DNA of 64,000 bases from Ostrea edulis (lineage: Eukaryota): NCBI RefSeq assembly GCF_947568905.1, contig NC_079169.1:14198001-14262000 (forward strand), read 5' to 3'. Positions 12,641-26,863 of this stretch are shown here, piece after piece; within the stretch, counting starts at the first letter, position 1, and each line of letters starts with the position of its first letter. Below the pieces are notes generated by a model that worked only from the letters and a program-made list of their open reading frames with translations, did not search any database and was not told the origin of the DNA. The position numbers were made by a program, and so were the translations under genes.

Positions 12641-13221
12641 ATCTTCATACACCAAATGTTTTATAACGATAAAAAATGAATCCACATACGACGGATATCT
12701 TAAAGCTCATCTGAAATTTTCTAATGAAATTTTGTTTATGGCATATCTGTAAAAACGTCCACATATTCGATTTCTTAAGAAGAACCACTGTGCTGATTTC
12801 AATGAATTTTTTCAACTAAAACTCTTTCAAAAGAAAGAGGGTTGAGAAAACGTTGAAATGCGATGGGGTACTTAGATCCCTCTGAAGATCTACTGAAACA
12901 GAAACAGAATAGCCATAATTTTGCAGAGGCCTATGTGTACACTGAAAGGAAGATTGAAGTTTGTTCAAACCATGGCCCCTGGTACTTAAGTACAAGTGAT
13001 ATAAAATCTACTAGAGTATGCACGGAAATTATTGACCCCTCCCCCTGGGCTATATTTTTCCATTTACCTTAATCGTAGAGGGAAATTTATATGGCTATTG
13101 GTTACATGTAATTCATTTAGAACAATTTGCTTTCTATGCCAATGGTCGAAAATAAAAAGGGAAGCACCTTAAAATATTTTCCTTACATCGAATCCCAGCC
13201 GCTACAGACCTTAGCCATTAA

Positions 13222-13753
13222 AGGGGCATGGGCACAGTGGAACTGTAAATAATTTTCTTTTTCCATTTTTATTGTTTACAGTGCTTAACTAACGTATTTT
13301 TAATTGTCAACCAAAATTTGAATATCAGTTTCTGAGTTACAAGTGAGATACAACACTCACGATACGCAGTTATGTAAACAAGGCGCATGCCATGTTTTTG
13401 TATACACATATATTGCTTAATAGAAAATAGCATTTCTAAAACAAAATTAGATGTGCTAAATACTACAAACTATTAAATTATGTTTACAATTAATTTGTAA
13501 ATTGAAAAATCTTCTTCAAACGAACTTTTACGAACTTTTACTGATATATCTAGCTTACATGTAACAAACACAGGGCACGAGCCTTGTTTACATAACAAAA
13601 AGAATTGTGAGTTCTGTATCTTCAATGTATCTCGACAACTGACATTCAAATTTTTGCTGACCATTAGAAATACTTTAGTTACATGTAAGCATTTCTAACA
13701 TTAAAAATGAAATTTAGTTTTTTTAAAAACTTTTCAGCCCAAATTGTATCCCT
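13222..13753. mobile_element. Non-autonomous TTAA-targeting element (Kolobok-like, AGGG...CCCT ends) inserted in a SINE
   Basis: TTAA duplicated at 13218-13221 and 13754-13757. Removing the insert rejoins the SINE sequence cagaccttagccaTTAAaactggtagagacagttc. TIRs are degenerate, so the family call is tentative. Confidence 0.6.
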
Positions 13754-13925
13754 TTAAAACTGGTAGAGACAGTTCTATCGCCAAACTGGTGGGAATATTG
13801 TTAGGAAATTAAATTAACTTTTAATTGTTTCTCTTATTTTCAGTTTATCCGTAACTGTCCAAAGGTTTTCGGAATTACCTAATAATAGACAGGCTATTTA
13901 TGTGTCAGTTCATTTCCTTAAATAA

Positions 13926-14285
13926 GATATGTGTCAAGGCCTCTGCTGGTGGACTGTTAGTCCCCGAGGGTCTCTACAGCCCAGTAGCTAAGTACTTCGT
14001 TACTAACTTGAAAATACGGATGTATATTTAATTGCTGTTATAAAATTTAGAAATTCATTTCAAATTTAAGGATTATCTCCCTCATACATAGCTCTTATCC
14101 TTAGACGAATTTGACTCCATTTTTTTTTTTTTTTGGCACGCTGTTTTTGGCTATAATAGCTCTAAAACGTCATTGTTATTTCGGATTTCAAACATTTCCG
14201 TTGAGATCACTGAAGAGACATTATTTGTCGAAATGCACATCTGGTGCATCAAAATTGGTACCGTATAAGTTTTACATGATAACCT
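13926..14285 (+). mobile_element. PLE-associated repeat carrying a hammerhead ribozyme motif
   Basis: Contains the hammerhead core at 14201-14252; counterpart at about 38013-38345. PLE assignment rests on the known link between minimal type I hammerheads and PLEs. Confidence 0.55.
14201..14252 (+). ncRNA. Minimal type I hammerhead ribozyme, mutated copy
   Basis: CTGAAGA-GAC attattt GTC-GAAA core is intact, but stem III reads ATGCACAT (palindrome broken) and stem I has lost a base compared with 38265-38317. Confidence 0.55.
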
Positions 14286-14809
14286 ACATGATTACATAAC
14301 AAAACATTTGGACGGATAATTTTCAATTCATCTTGATTTTTCTCCTTCATATCGTTACCACAATACACAATGATTTAATGAGGCCGCGAAATTGAAATTC
14401 AATTCATCATCAGCAATACGTGCAAGGTTGAAAACGACATCCACCACGCCTGCGCAATACATTTCCCCAATGAAGACTATCTCTCAACACTTTCGTAAAA
14501 CTGTAGATTCTTAATAATCAATGGGTTAATCGATTAATTGTAACTTGCTTAATGTCCCTCTCGAGAATTTTTCTTTCATATGGAGACGTCACCAATACCG
14601 ATGAAGGGCTTCAAATTTACCGGTAGACCTATGCTCGGCGCTTACGACCATTGAGTATTGAGGGTTATTTAGCGAGCCACACCTATTGTGACACGGGTAA
14701 TCCGTTTTTTAGGTCATATCCGAGGACCCGTGACATTCACACCTGATGCCGAGCGTTTGGAGATGGAACTGTCATTACTTGTTTTATCGACTTAGGTCTG
14801 TCGCAGTCG

Positions 14810-17800
14810 CGCCATTGTATTAAGTGTGTTTTATCGAAGTGACTGTGAACGAGTTAATTAACTCTTATCGTGAGGAAGAATGAATTATCTATTATTGTGT
14901 GTGTACGTTGTTGTTTTGCTGTGAACTCTATAGATAAAGGTTTTGACTGTTTATTAAGGCATCTGTGTTGTAACATTGTAACAAATAAGAAGTCCTTACA
15001 ACAACACTGAAACGTGAATGTCCATTGTTCAAACAGGCAGGACGGACCAGAATCGACCACTTCCTCAGTACTTGTAAATATATACCTGATGGAGACAGAC
15101 GTTTCATGACCAAGTCTAGACGACTAGTTCAAATGGAGGACTCGGAAAGTGAAGAATTCGCAGGTGACTTTTGTGATCCTTCATCAGTAGATGATGAAGA
15201 CCCACCATCATTTATTCTATCAACTCGCCGCGTCAGCACTAGCAAGTCTGCTCAAATTAAAATGTTTTATAAGCACCACCCTGTGTATTTAACTATATAT
15301 TCTGGAGCTGAAATTAGCATGATTAGGACCAAATTTGCAGAGCTGATCGGAGCTCCTATCAAGAAGACATCGCAGAATGCTCTTCAAGCCGATGGCATGA
15401 CACCTCTTGAGAATGTCGGGGAAGTACATTTCACTCTAACCCGAAACAACAAAATACTTCACCTTGACGCCCTAGCCGTCAACGATTTGGATGTTGACAT
15501 TTTGGCAGGAATGCCATTCATGAAATGCAATGACATTGGCATACGTCCCTCCAAACACCAAGTGACCATTGGCGATTCTACTATTATCCAATACATACCT
15601 GATGGTCAGTCCACGATACCTCATCATGTGCGACGAGCCCAGGCCTTCCTCCTCCGAGTGGAACCAACAACAACAACCGTTTGGCCTGGATCATACATGG
15701 AGCTCAAAATTCCTGATGTTTTACACCCTGAATCAACTCTTTCCATGGAACCGCGAGTGAACCGGGCCACAACAGGAAACCTGATCGAAGCTATTGGTGG
15801 GAAAGTTCGACTCTTGAATGTCACTGATGAGCCATGTGAATACACAAAAATGATCACTTGTGTTAACCTCACCTTACATCTACAAATTACACTGATTTAG
15901 ATGGGAGTACAGACTATGAAACAGATCCTATCCTCTTCACTGTCAGAATGACAGGGACATCAAGTTTCCACTCAGACACAGTTAGTATTGATCCAGAAAA
16001 TATTCTGAGCGAAACCGATCGTAAGAAGTTCAACAAACTACTTGAAAGGTACGACTCAATATTTGACCCAGGTTTTGGAGGATACAATGGAACATCTGGC
16101 AAATTCGAATGTCATATAAACATGTGACCTGTTCAACCTCCACAGCGAAAAGGAAGGCTATCACAGTATTCGAGAGACAAATTACAGGAATTACAACAAA
16201 AATGTGATGAACTTGAGAACTTAGGAGTTCTTAGAAAACTGGAAGAATTGGACATCTCTATTGAATATCTGAATCCATCCTTTTTCGTCAAAAAGCAAAA
16301 CGGAGGCTGCAGACTCGTCACAGCTTTTGAAGACGTGGGACGCTACAGTAAGCCACAGCCATCACTCATGCCGGATGTTGATTCAACTCTTCGAACCATC
16401 GGCAGATGGAAATACATTATTGTGTCCGACTTGACCAGAGCATTCCATCAGATTCCTCTTTCGAAACCATCCTTAAAGTACTGTGGCATTGTGACGCCTT
16501 ATCGAGGAGTACGTGTGTACACTAGGTGTGCTATGGGCATGCCAGGCTCAGAAACTGCTCTTGAGGAGCTTATGTGCATATTATTCGGAGACTATCTCCA
16601 AGTAGGTAGTGTGACTAAACTAGCTGATGACCTATATTGTGGAGGGCAAACAGTGGAAGAATTACTCAATAATTGGGAAAGCGTGCTTGAGTCACTTGCA
16701 CTGTGTGGACTTCATTTGTCTCCTACCAAAACCATCATATGCCCCCGTTCCACCACAATATTTGGATGGAATTGGACGGAAGGGAAGATTTCGGCCAGCA
16801 AACACAAGGTCTCCACATTATCATCATGCAGTGTTCCCGATACAGTGAAAGGCCTTCGATTATTTCTTGGTGCATATAAGATTCTTGAGCGGGTAATTCC
16901 AAACTGTTCTGATATACTTAACCAATTACAAAACTCGATTGGAGGAATGCAATCCAAAGACAAAGTACAGTGGACTGATGAGCTGCGTCAACATTTCAAG
17001 AACGCTCAAGAAAAGCTGTCATTAAGCAAAGCAATTATCTTACCCATTCCGTCTGATGAACTTTGGATTGTTACAGATGGTTCCGTCAGCAAACGAGACC
17101 TAGGAGCTACTATGTATGCCATGCGCAAAGGAAAACTAAATCTTACTGAATTTTTTAGTGCCAAATTAAGAAAGCATCAAGTAACATGGCTGACGTGTGA
17201 AATTGAAGCATTATGTATCGCAGCAGCAATTAAACACTTTAGTTCATTCATAATTCAATCTGTAAAACAAACTCATGTACTTACTGACAGTAAACCATAT
17301 GTGGAAGCTTTTGAAAAACTTCGTCGTGGAGAGTTCTCATCAAGGCCAAGAGTCACATCCTTTTTGTCCGTGGCTAGTCGGTACCGAACTTCTATACAAC
17401 ACCTGGCTGGCTCAGCTTATGTACCCTCTGATTTCGCAAGTCGGAATGCCCCAGAATGTTCCGAACTGAGATGCCAGATATGCAGTTTTATTGCTCAAAC
17501 AGAAGACTCTGTTGTAAGGTCAGTGTGCTTACAAGATGTGCTTCATAGTAAAGTCAATTTACCCTTTACAACACGCTCTGTTTGGGTATCCATCCAGTCG
17601 GAGTGCCCTAACTTACGAAGAACCCATGTACATCTCAAACAAGGAACTCGTCCATCCCGGAAACTAACTAACATTAGAGATGTGAAGCGTTACCTTAGCG
17701 TTGCTAACACTGCTAGAGATGGTCTCTCAGTTGTAGGTCGTTCAAATCCATTTCAACCTACTACATAAGCAATCATAGTGCCCCAACCAGTAGTGGAAGG

Positions 17801-19339
17801 AATAATTACTGCACTACATGTCTCACTTGACCACCCTACGCGTAACTAGATGCAGCAAGTCATGAAACGACATTTTTATGCTCTCGACCTGATGAAGGCC
17901 ATCGAAAATCTGTGTGAAACGTGCCACGTATGTGCTTCCTTGAAAAAAATCCCAGACCAGTTCATTCCTCAGTCTTCTGAAGAACCAACTGAAACATCTG
18001 GCATAATGTTTGCTGCTGACGTACTTAAGCGAAACCGCCAACTCATCCTTCTGCTCAGAGAATGTGTGACATCATTTACCGCCGCCTGTCTCATAGTTGA
18101 TGAGAAACGAGATACCTTACGGGAAGCTATTCTCCGTCTGGCTCTTGAGTTACGACCTCTGGATGGACCCCAGCTGTAATTCGTGTTGATCCTGCTCCTG
18201 TGTTTATGGGGTTTCGTAATGATGACACCCTTATGAAGTATCGAATCACCTTAGAAATCGGTCGGGTAAAAAATAAGAACAAAAATCCAGTAGCAGAAAA
18301 TGCCGTAGGGGAGTTGGAAGAAGAAATACTTCGATAAGAGCCAGGTGGAGGTCCTTTGACTGATCTGATACTGACAATAGCAATGGCAAGACTCAATTCT
18401 CGAATCCGGTTCTCTGGATTCTCAGCTCGTGAATTGTGGACTCAGCGAAGTCACTACACCAATGAACAAATTCCAGTGTCAGATTTCTATCCGATGAATT
18501 CCAAGCAGACCCTTCGGGAAGCCAACCATTCTTCCAGTGCTTTATCTAAGTGGAAAAGCAACAAGACCCAGCATCAACAGTCACTCCAAGTAGGCGACTT
18601 AGTATATTTATATTGTGATCGTGACAAATCTAAAACAAGGGACCGCTACATATTAACAGCAATTGATGGAGAATGGGCCTACATCAAAAAGTTCTCTGGT
18701 GGACAGATTCACGCTAATTCTTACAAGGTCAAACTAGTGGAGTGCTATAGTGTTCCTTGTGAAATACCCCAGCCCAAGTTGCTACCAAAATACCCAGATG
18801 ACGACACTGAGGAACATGAGGACCACCGGGACTGTATCGAAGGAAGCCATGATACCGATGGGATGGAGTCACAAGAACCAATACGAGATTACAGTACAAT
18901 ACCTCCACTTCTATCCGTACCACCCAGCGACGAAAATGAACCAACCGAATGCACCGTGGTAACCCCCGTTCCTGAGGACCAGATTGAGGGAGTCGCACCA
19001 CAACATTCTGAATTCCAATCGCAGCGACCAATTCGTGACCGCCGTCCGCCTAAATATCTAAAAGATTGTGTACTTTAATGACTGAATACGTTTGTAGTGC
19101 CTATCGTATGTTTCTTATATTACCATTATGAACATTTATTATTTCAAAGAAGCAAAAGGAAGCTGCACCATTATATCATGTGTGTTTTATCGAAGTGACC
19201 GTGAACGAGTTAATTAACTGTCATCGTGAGGAGGAATGAATTGTATGTTATTGTGTGTGCACGTTGTTGTTTTGCTGTGAACTCTATAGATAAAGGTTTT
19301 GACTGTTTATTAAGGCATCTGTGTTGTAACATATTGGCG
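14810..19339 (+). mobile_element. Gypsy LTR retrotransposon, copy 1 (defective; most of gag and the PBS deleted)
   Basis: Direct repeats 14810-14975 and 19166-19331; purine tract aagaagcaaaaggaag before the 3' LTR; order protease-RT-RNase H-integrase. Confidence 0.92.
15025..19078 (+). pseudogene. Gypsy gag-tail/pol polyprotein pseudogene, copy 1
   Basis: Cys/His knuckle remnant (..KQAGR..HFLSTC); protease LTIYSGAEISMI (catalytic D read as Y); RT DLTRAFHQIP / MGMPGS / KLADDL; RNase H IVTDGS / CEIEAL / TDSKP; integrase CETCHVC, FAADVL, RVDPAP, NPVAE. Several stops and frameshifts. Confidence 0.92.
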
Positions 19340-22300
19340 CCGGAATTCGAACCCTGACCTTCCACAGGAAGGGTGAACGCTCTAACTCTAGACCACCGTG
19401 GCGGTTTTGTTGCCCAAAGGGCTTTATGGAAATTGATCAGGTGATCACCCCGTATTCATATCCCGATAAATATTTCAAAATGACACCTTAATCATTTAAT
19501 AACTTTTAAAGTGATGACTTAACAATGATACTGATTGGATGAAAAATTTGTTTGATTTCTTAGTTACTCTCGTCCGGAGTTCATCTGCACTAATCACGTA
19601 AGACTGCTTTTCTCTGGAATGCGTCTTCCCCGTTCTAATTTTTGCGCTATTTGTAGAACGGGAATTTCCACACAAGCATTGGAAACGAAATGTATTCGTT
19701 TGATGCTACCAAAACTAAACACAGCCAAAGATAGAATAAAATACAAATTAATTTAAAGACACAACACACTTAGGCTTAGCGATGACGTGGCATAATATAG
19801 TCAACTTGATGACGTAGGGCACTGATTGGTAGAAGTAGGGCCTAGAGAGATTATACAAGTTTCCGTATGTATCGTCTGCTTTACAAGTTAGATAACATGA
19901 TGGAACAAGCAGCGGTTTTTGATCTGGGAGATGTTAATAAATTGAACTGCGTTATATGGGTCTCAGTCAACGAGCACAATTTAGATAAAGAGGTGTTGAG
20001 CTTTTTACTGGATATTTCATCGTTCCTACGACTCAACCAGTCTCCTCGAATGCACCACTTGTTCTCTTCCTTTACATATAATGCAGATTTTAACGAATGC
20101 ACCTTTAATCTGGCGTATACTCCATTACAATCTGCACAATTACTCCACCTGCCCTAAACGCACAGCCTGTTTTGTTGAGTTTTCATTGAACATTACGGAT
20201 AGGTATTTCTATACGCCATTTCGAAAAAGTTAATTCAACCTTTTTGATGACAGAAACTATGTTTTTATATTTTAAAAAAATAATTAAATGATAAGAAATA
20301 AAACTTACAATTCTTTATTTGATGCATGTATCAAAGAAAAAATTGGACGGAAAACTTTCTCATCAATGCGGTACGCAAGTACAAACAAAAACGTAAAATT
20401 GGAGTCAGTGCAAGGTGAGTTATTCATAAATACACTGTTATCAAAATTATGACATAGTTCAAGATTAGCGTCAACGAATGGTGATGACATGGAATGCGCT
20501 AAAATAGATACATTTACTGTCATCATACTTCCCCAAAATCTATATACTTTTCAAATGATATAAACAATTTTGATATAAGCATTTTTATTGAATAGATTGA
20601 TTACTTATCAATTTTATAAAATAAATGTCACAGTAAACAAAACACATTTTAATACATCATGTAGAAAAATGCAATGAAATTTTAATGCATTTATCAACGA
20701 CACCTAAATAGATACAGTAGTTGAACAGATCAACACTTATTACACATTTTAACATAAGATCTCTATTCATATATTGAAAGTCATCATTTGATATACCATA
20801 AATTCTGGTAATCGATGCAGAAAAGAGAGTATTCGTCATCAATATTGCACTGAAATTGAATCGGAAATTAAATATTTATCATTTGACTCATTCCTAATAT
20901 AACAGGTTAACCTAATCTTTGTATCAATGTTTTGTCAGCAAAGCATTCGGCCTTCTGAAGACATTGAAAAATAAATGTGTATAATTCGTCTACCCATTAC
21001 AAAAGAAACACACAGCACTATGCGCAACATACACAACGAGTAATAAAATGGAACGAAGAATAAAATATCTATTAATGGGAGGGTTTTTTGTCATTCATCC
21101 GATTACTAGTTTATTGCTGATATATAAAGTAAGGAAAGCGTATAACAAAAGATTCCGATCGATGAAATCCGGAATTAGGAGGGGGAAATTCTATACCAGG
21201 GCGGTTGTTCCGCCATGGGGAAAACTCTATACTGACTTTGTACATAGGGGAAAATTATATGCTCGGATGATTTTCCCCCGGGGAAAAACCTATCCTGGGC
21301 TCGCTTTTTCGGGGCGGGGGTCTATCCAAGGAAAGTCTATGCTACAACACCGGGATTCCTGTATTTCGAGTTAGGCTATCTAACTGCAAAGCTACACAGG
21401 CGGACATATAAAGTATAGTAGTATTCTACTGTAATGTTTTGGTTCAATTCAATCAAACGTTTTAATGACTATATTTATCATGTTAACATGGAATGACAAG
21501 ACATCCCTTATAATTAGAACAGACTGTGTGTATATATACCCGGGGTGCTATGATTCCGTGTCTTTCTTCCAAGCTGATCGAACAGAGAAGGGAGCTTAAT
21601 AAGAAGTAAGGATAAATAAAGGTTTTAGCATTAGGAAAGGTAAAGAGACAATCAATTCAGTGGCCCGAAAAGAGCTGAAGCTGTTTTGGTTGTTTGCTCT
21701 CCTTATTGTTTTCCGGAGTGGTTGTCCATTGTGACCGACAATAGCACTAACAGTAAGTCAGGGAAAATAGTTAGTGCTGGGGATAGTGGCCCGAATAGAG
21801 CCGACCTGTTCCGGGTACTAGTCTATTTAGCTAAGGAAACATACTATTTACTTTCTTCAAGTCTTCCATTTATTATTGATTTACTTCTTGATTTCAACCC
21901 AAGGTAGGGACATTCAAATAAATAGATGTATATCCAATCAGTGATTGAGGATAATTATACTTTAGTTAAGCAAAGTGGCTCCTTTTGAAATCATAGAGTG
22001 CCGTTACACTATAAAACAAAATTTGAATTTTTTTTCCATAATCTTAAAATAACTCTTCATATCGAGGTCTCTTTTCTATTATGTGATTAGGTAATGGCTT
22101 AATCACAACAGGGTGCCTCTTTTCTTTTATGTGAATAGGTATGATAACAAAAGGTCATGTATTTTACAAAGTAATAAATATATATCAAGTTGTATGACTT
22201 ATTACTTCATTTTATCATAAAACAAATAATGATAATGAACATGAATAGAATATCTGAATTTTATCCTAGTCATTTGATCCCCTACAGCATGAAGTGTATT

Positions 22301-23940
22301 GTATTAATTAAACCTTCAATAGAATAACAAATGTTGTAATTACCGAGCAGGGCAGATGTGTGACGCCACGGTCTACATTTTGACGTCTTAATTCAACTGA
22401 AGCAGTGGCGAGTTAAAGGGTGATTTTAGCATGCACACAAACCATATGAGAATATCTTCGTGGTCTTTGGTGATCAGGTCTTGCAACAGTCTGTTGGGGA
22501 GTGCCCACGGGGTTGAATTTTGCTCCTTTCTTAGCTGATCTGTTTTTATATTCCTATGAAGCAGAATTTATTCAAAACTTTTACGCGAGAAGAGAAAATC
22601 TTTTGCTGTGGCCTTCAGTTCGATATTTTGTTATCTCGACGACGGGTTATATCTTGATAATAATAATTTTCATTCATATGTCGATTCGATATATCCCAGT
22701 GAACTCGAAATAAAACACATCACATGGCCGTAGGAACCGGGGGACGGGGGGCCAATACTCACCGCCCCCGCCCCCCCCCCCCCCCAAAAAAAAATTCATA
22801 TAGTAAAATTCGCATATAGTGTAATATATAATTATTTTTAAGCAGAAAGTTCATTTAATTCAATGAGACTCGGAGTCAGTCAGTGTGACTGTCCTTTAGC
22901 TTAAATAAATGAAAAGCACTTAATGCCTTAACATTTCTGAGGGCATCATCCAAAAGGTCGTAATCATGAGGTAATGGTTCGGTTCTCGTTCCCAGCTCCG
23001 CATCTGGCGTCAAACCTATGATATGTAGTGACTGTTCCTTTGCCAAGTGCCCGGCACTAGTGTCGTTTAAAGTCCTTTACCGGTATTTGTTGACAACTCA
23101 TACAAGTGAAAAAATCTCGGAAGGGACGACTGATCCAAAGGTATCTAATGTGTGTGACCTTGACTAACTTTCAAGGTCTAATAATTCATTAGATAGCTTG
23201 TACATAGAAACTTCGTCTTGATGCAAAAATGTCTATGCCCAACTGCCCTAATACCAGTTCAACGTTTGTATATATTTAAAATCTTTTTGTAAAGCTAATA
23301 TGATGAATTGTTGACTTTTTTATCATCACGGTTTTTATGGTAAAAGTAAACCCAACAATGTGTGAAGTACTATTTATCAGTGACGTAACACCCCCAATGT
23401 GACGTAGGTCATGTAACAACTTTTTCAAAGCTTGTAAAGTCTCAGGCTGTCAAGATCTGTTTCATTCTTGGTCCAAGAGTAGACACTATCGTATCAGTGT
23501 AAGATCAACCTTCCGCACAGTTTTAACTTTGATTATATTTCCCAATGTATGCCCAGACGGACGAAAGAATGACATTTTTCAAAAAGTGCACGTAGAAGCA
23601 AGGAATGCAGGGGAAAAGAGATGGAGAGTACTAAGTTTTCTTGTTAGACTCAAAGGGCAATTTTTAAAGAAATATCCTCTTCCAACAAGCATACCTAATA
23701 TCCCAACTTCAACTTCGAATATTCCAAAAGATGCTGTTTCCTCAGAGCTTTATCCAAATGATGCTCCTTCTGCGCTTATCCCGATTCAGATGTATGGTGA
23801 TGGGAATTGTTTATTCAGAACTCTCTCTTTTTTGTGTTTGGATATGAAGACAATTTTAAGGAAATGAGGGTACGAATTGTGTTTGAACTTGTTTCCAACC
23901 TGAAGCGCTCCACGAATGAAAACACCTTTGTGACCATGTC

Positions 23941-24435
23941 CACAGGCAATTGCATCGTTTGGGGTTGAATTTACTATATAAAGAGTAAAGGTATAGAACT
24001 CTAAATATTACGGATTAAAAATTGTCAGTCACTTGAAGCTATTACGGACTTCATTTTATGAATTGGGGTAAGGAATTCATTTTAGAAATGATATTTTATG
24101 TTGCACATTCTATTTGATATATTGTTGCAATGTTCAAACACTCTGTGTAGTCGTATAGTGTCAGGCCCCAGCTAACAGTCAACCAAAAAATAATAGGCAT
24201 TTTTCGGAGTTCATTTCTGCATATCTTGGGAAGTATACGGAATTTCGGGATGAACTTTGGTAGTAATGTAGCCTGATCATGTATAAAGAAATTAAAATAC
24301 AAAGTAGAATTTTATATCAATTAATTTATTGTTTTTACATCGGCTAACTTGGGTACCCTATATTTAGAGTTCTATACCTTTACTCTTTATATACACCTGT
24401 AGTAAATTCGACCCCAAGCGATGCAATTGCCTGTG
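23941..24435. mobile_element. MITE (about 495 bp) with ~70-bp TIRs inserted in the hAT OTU-like ORF
   Basis: cacaggcaattgcatcgtttggggttgaatttacta..tataaagagtaaaggtatagaactctaaatat (23941-24008) is the near-perfect inverse of 24360-24435. Excision restores the frame NENTFVTMSTNKSSLQ. Confidence 0.85.
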
Positions 24436-26863
24436 ACCATGCCTGTGACCATGTCCACAAACAAAAGTTCACTTCAATATGACTTTCAAAGTTCCCTGTC
24501 AGAAGAGTGTTTAATTACTGGTGATTTGATTGCTTCGTTACAAAAGGAAACAATAAAAACAACCCAGAACGGTTACTATTCAAGCCTTTTACATATATTC
24601 CAAGCTTCTAAAGTTTTGCAGAAACCAATCATGTCGATTTTCCCCGAGGTGCAAAACCCTGGTGTAAACAGACAAGATCATAATCAGCTTATTGTTCCTC
24701 TTGACCGTGCTGATGCTAAAGAATATCAGGATGCTATCCACATCATTTGGACTCAAACAATTGCTACAAAAATAGATGGTTGGACACCTAATAATTTTGT
24801 TGCCTGTATTCACAAGCATGAGGAACCTCTTTCAAAGCGTTCGAGATTATCCTTTGAGGATTTTGAACCTCATCGCTCATTTGAACCAAAACAATAACAA
24901 GATAGTCCTTCCCGACTCTTGGAGTTTAACACAAATGAGGGGTCTATTGAAACAGGTAAATTTGGGGAAACTACAAACAAAGAAAAAGACAAACATGTTA
25001 AGGTTTCTTCCTTTATTGATTCTTCTTCTTCTTCTTCAGAAGAAGATGATATCTCAGAAATACCAGTTCAAAAGGCCCAGGTTGTACATGAAAAATGACA
25101 TACACCAGAGATCGGTAGTACCCCAAATCAGCCACGGAATATTTTCTTTCCAGCAAATAAGTTTGGTAAAAAGATGAGATATTTCAATGCCTCCTGGTTT
25201 GATCGGTGGTCTTGGTTACATTATGTTAAAATCAAAGATGTTGTATTCTGTTTTCCTTGCATAAAATCATTTCAGAAGAAGACTCTCAGTTATCACAAGA
25301 AAGAAAAAGCTTTCATATCAAATGGTTTTAAAAACTGGAAAAAAGCAACCACAAAATTTGCCGCACACGAGAAAAGTGATTGCCATAAAGAGGCAATGGA
25401 AAGGGAGTTTACGATAAAGGAGGAGGTTAAAGATGTTGGAGAATGTCTTTCAAAGACGCACGAAGTGGAGAAGAAGTCTAACAGAGAGAATTTGCTTAAA
25501 ATCAAAAACATTTTGAAGTTTCTTGCTCGACAAGGAATTGCTCTTCAGGATGCCAAAGACGAGAAAAACTCGAACTTTAATAAACTTCTCATGCTAGAGG
25601 CTAAACGCAATCCCCAGCTTCAGGAATGACTACAACGCAAGACAAATATGTATGTTGCTCCAGATATACAAAATGAAATTTTGCAGGTGATGGGGTTGCA
25701 GGTTTTGCGACAAATTGATGTTTTTTAAAATCTAGCAATTAAAGATGCCCTTTTGAGGTTCGATCTGCCTATCAACAAAGAACGAGGCCAGTGTTATGAC
25801 ATGGCTGCTTGTATGGCTGGTTCAAAGACAGGTGTTGCAACACAAATTCATGCACTTGAACCCAGAGCCCTTTACATACACTGTTATGGTCATGCTCTTA
25901 ACCTAGCTTGCAGTGATTCTATTAAGGGATGTAAATTGCTTAGAGACACCCTGGACATTACAAAGGATATAACAAAGTTGATTAAAGAATTTCCAAGAAA
26001 AATGATTTTCAATACCTTAAAAAATGCCCATAATCTAGAGAAAACGTCAGCGGGAATAAGGGTTTTTTGTCCCACAAGATGGACAAGAAAACCCGACATA
26101 TTTTTGAGGATTTTCTCAAACTATGAAATTCTAAGAAATGTTTGGGATGAAAGCCTCCAATACGTGCTTGAGGTAGAAATGGGAAAGAGAATTAGGGGAG
26201 TGGCTGCTTATATGTGCAGGTTTGATTTCTTCTTTAGGTGTTTACTGAGTGAAAAACGTTTACGTTATAGTGATAATTTGGCAAGGGCTCTGCAGGCTCC
26301 AAATCTCTTGGTGAGTGATGGTCAAAAAATGGCATCAACGACAATAAGTGCTTTGCAAAGTCTCCGAGATGAGACAGTCTTCACTCAGTTTTACGAGGAA
26401 GTGTGCAGATATGTATAGGAAAGATTTCTACGAGGCATTAGATCTGCTTTTTGCTGGCATAAAATCTAGATTTGACAAACCACGTTACAAAGCTTATGTT
26501 AATCTTGAAAACCTCGTAATTAAGGCTTGCACAGGTCAAACGTTTGAAGAAGAATTCAATTTTGTCACGATCCTATATGATACAGATTTGAAGCCAAAGG
26601 ATCTCCACTGCCAGCTTATAATGTTAAAGACTGTTTTGCCAAAAGACTTTACGCCAGATATACCAAATGTGGTTGATTTTTTCAAACATTCAAATGAAAA
26701 AAGTCTGTTTGCCGAGATCCTCAAAATTCTCAAACTAATTTTGGTACTTCCTGCAACTAATGCTAACATTGAGCGCTCATTCAGCGCCTTGAAAAGATTG
26801 AAAACATCACTGAGATCAACAATGAGCCAAATACGAACAAACAATTTGCTTTTATTGCATGTT

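Larger units (their letters stand above)
14530..19403 (-). mobile_element. tRNA-derived SINE split by the Gypsy insertion (body 14530-14809, head 19340-19403)
   Basis: Head on minus reads cggtggtctagagttagagcgttc...ggtcagggttcgaattccggc (A and B boxes) and joins cgacagacctaagtcg...gagagggacattaagcaag on the other side of the LTR element. Confidence 0.75.

Noticed and set aside
12640-13140. Possible Helentron/satellite-derived fragment
   Set aside because: Resemblance is from memory of short motifs only; no diagnostic termini visible.
13936-14015. Stem-rich segment resembling twister or HDV-like ribozymes (GAGGGUCUCUACAGCCC; CUGCUGG/CCAGUAG pairing)
   Set aside because: Could not place the required pseudoknots or catalytic residues in the right order.
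19340-19403. tRNA-like sequence (also 37262-37300 and 43384-43447)
   Set aside because: A and B boxes are present but there is no complete cloverleaf, and it continues into SINE body; SINE head, not a tRNA gene.
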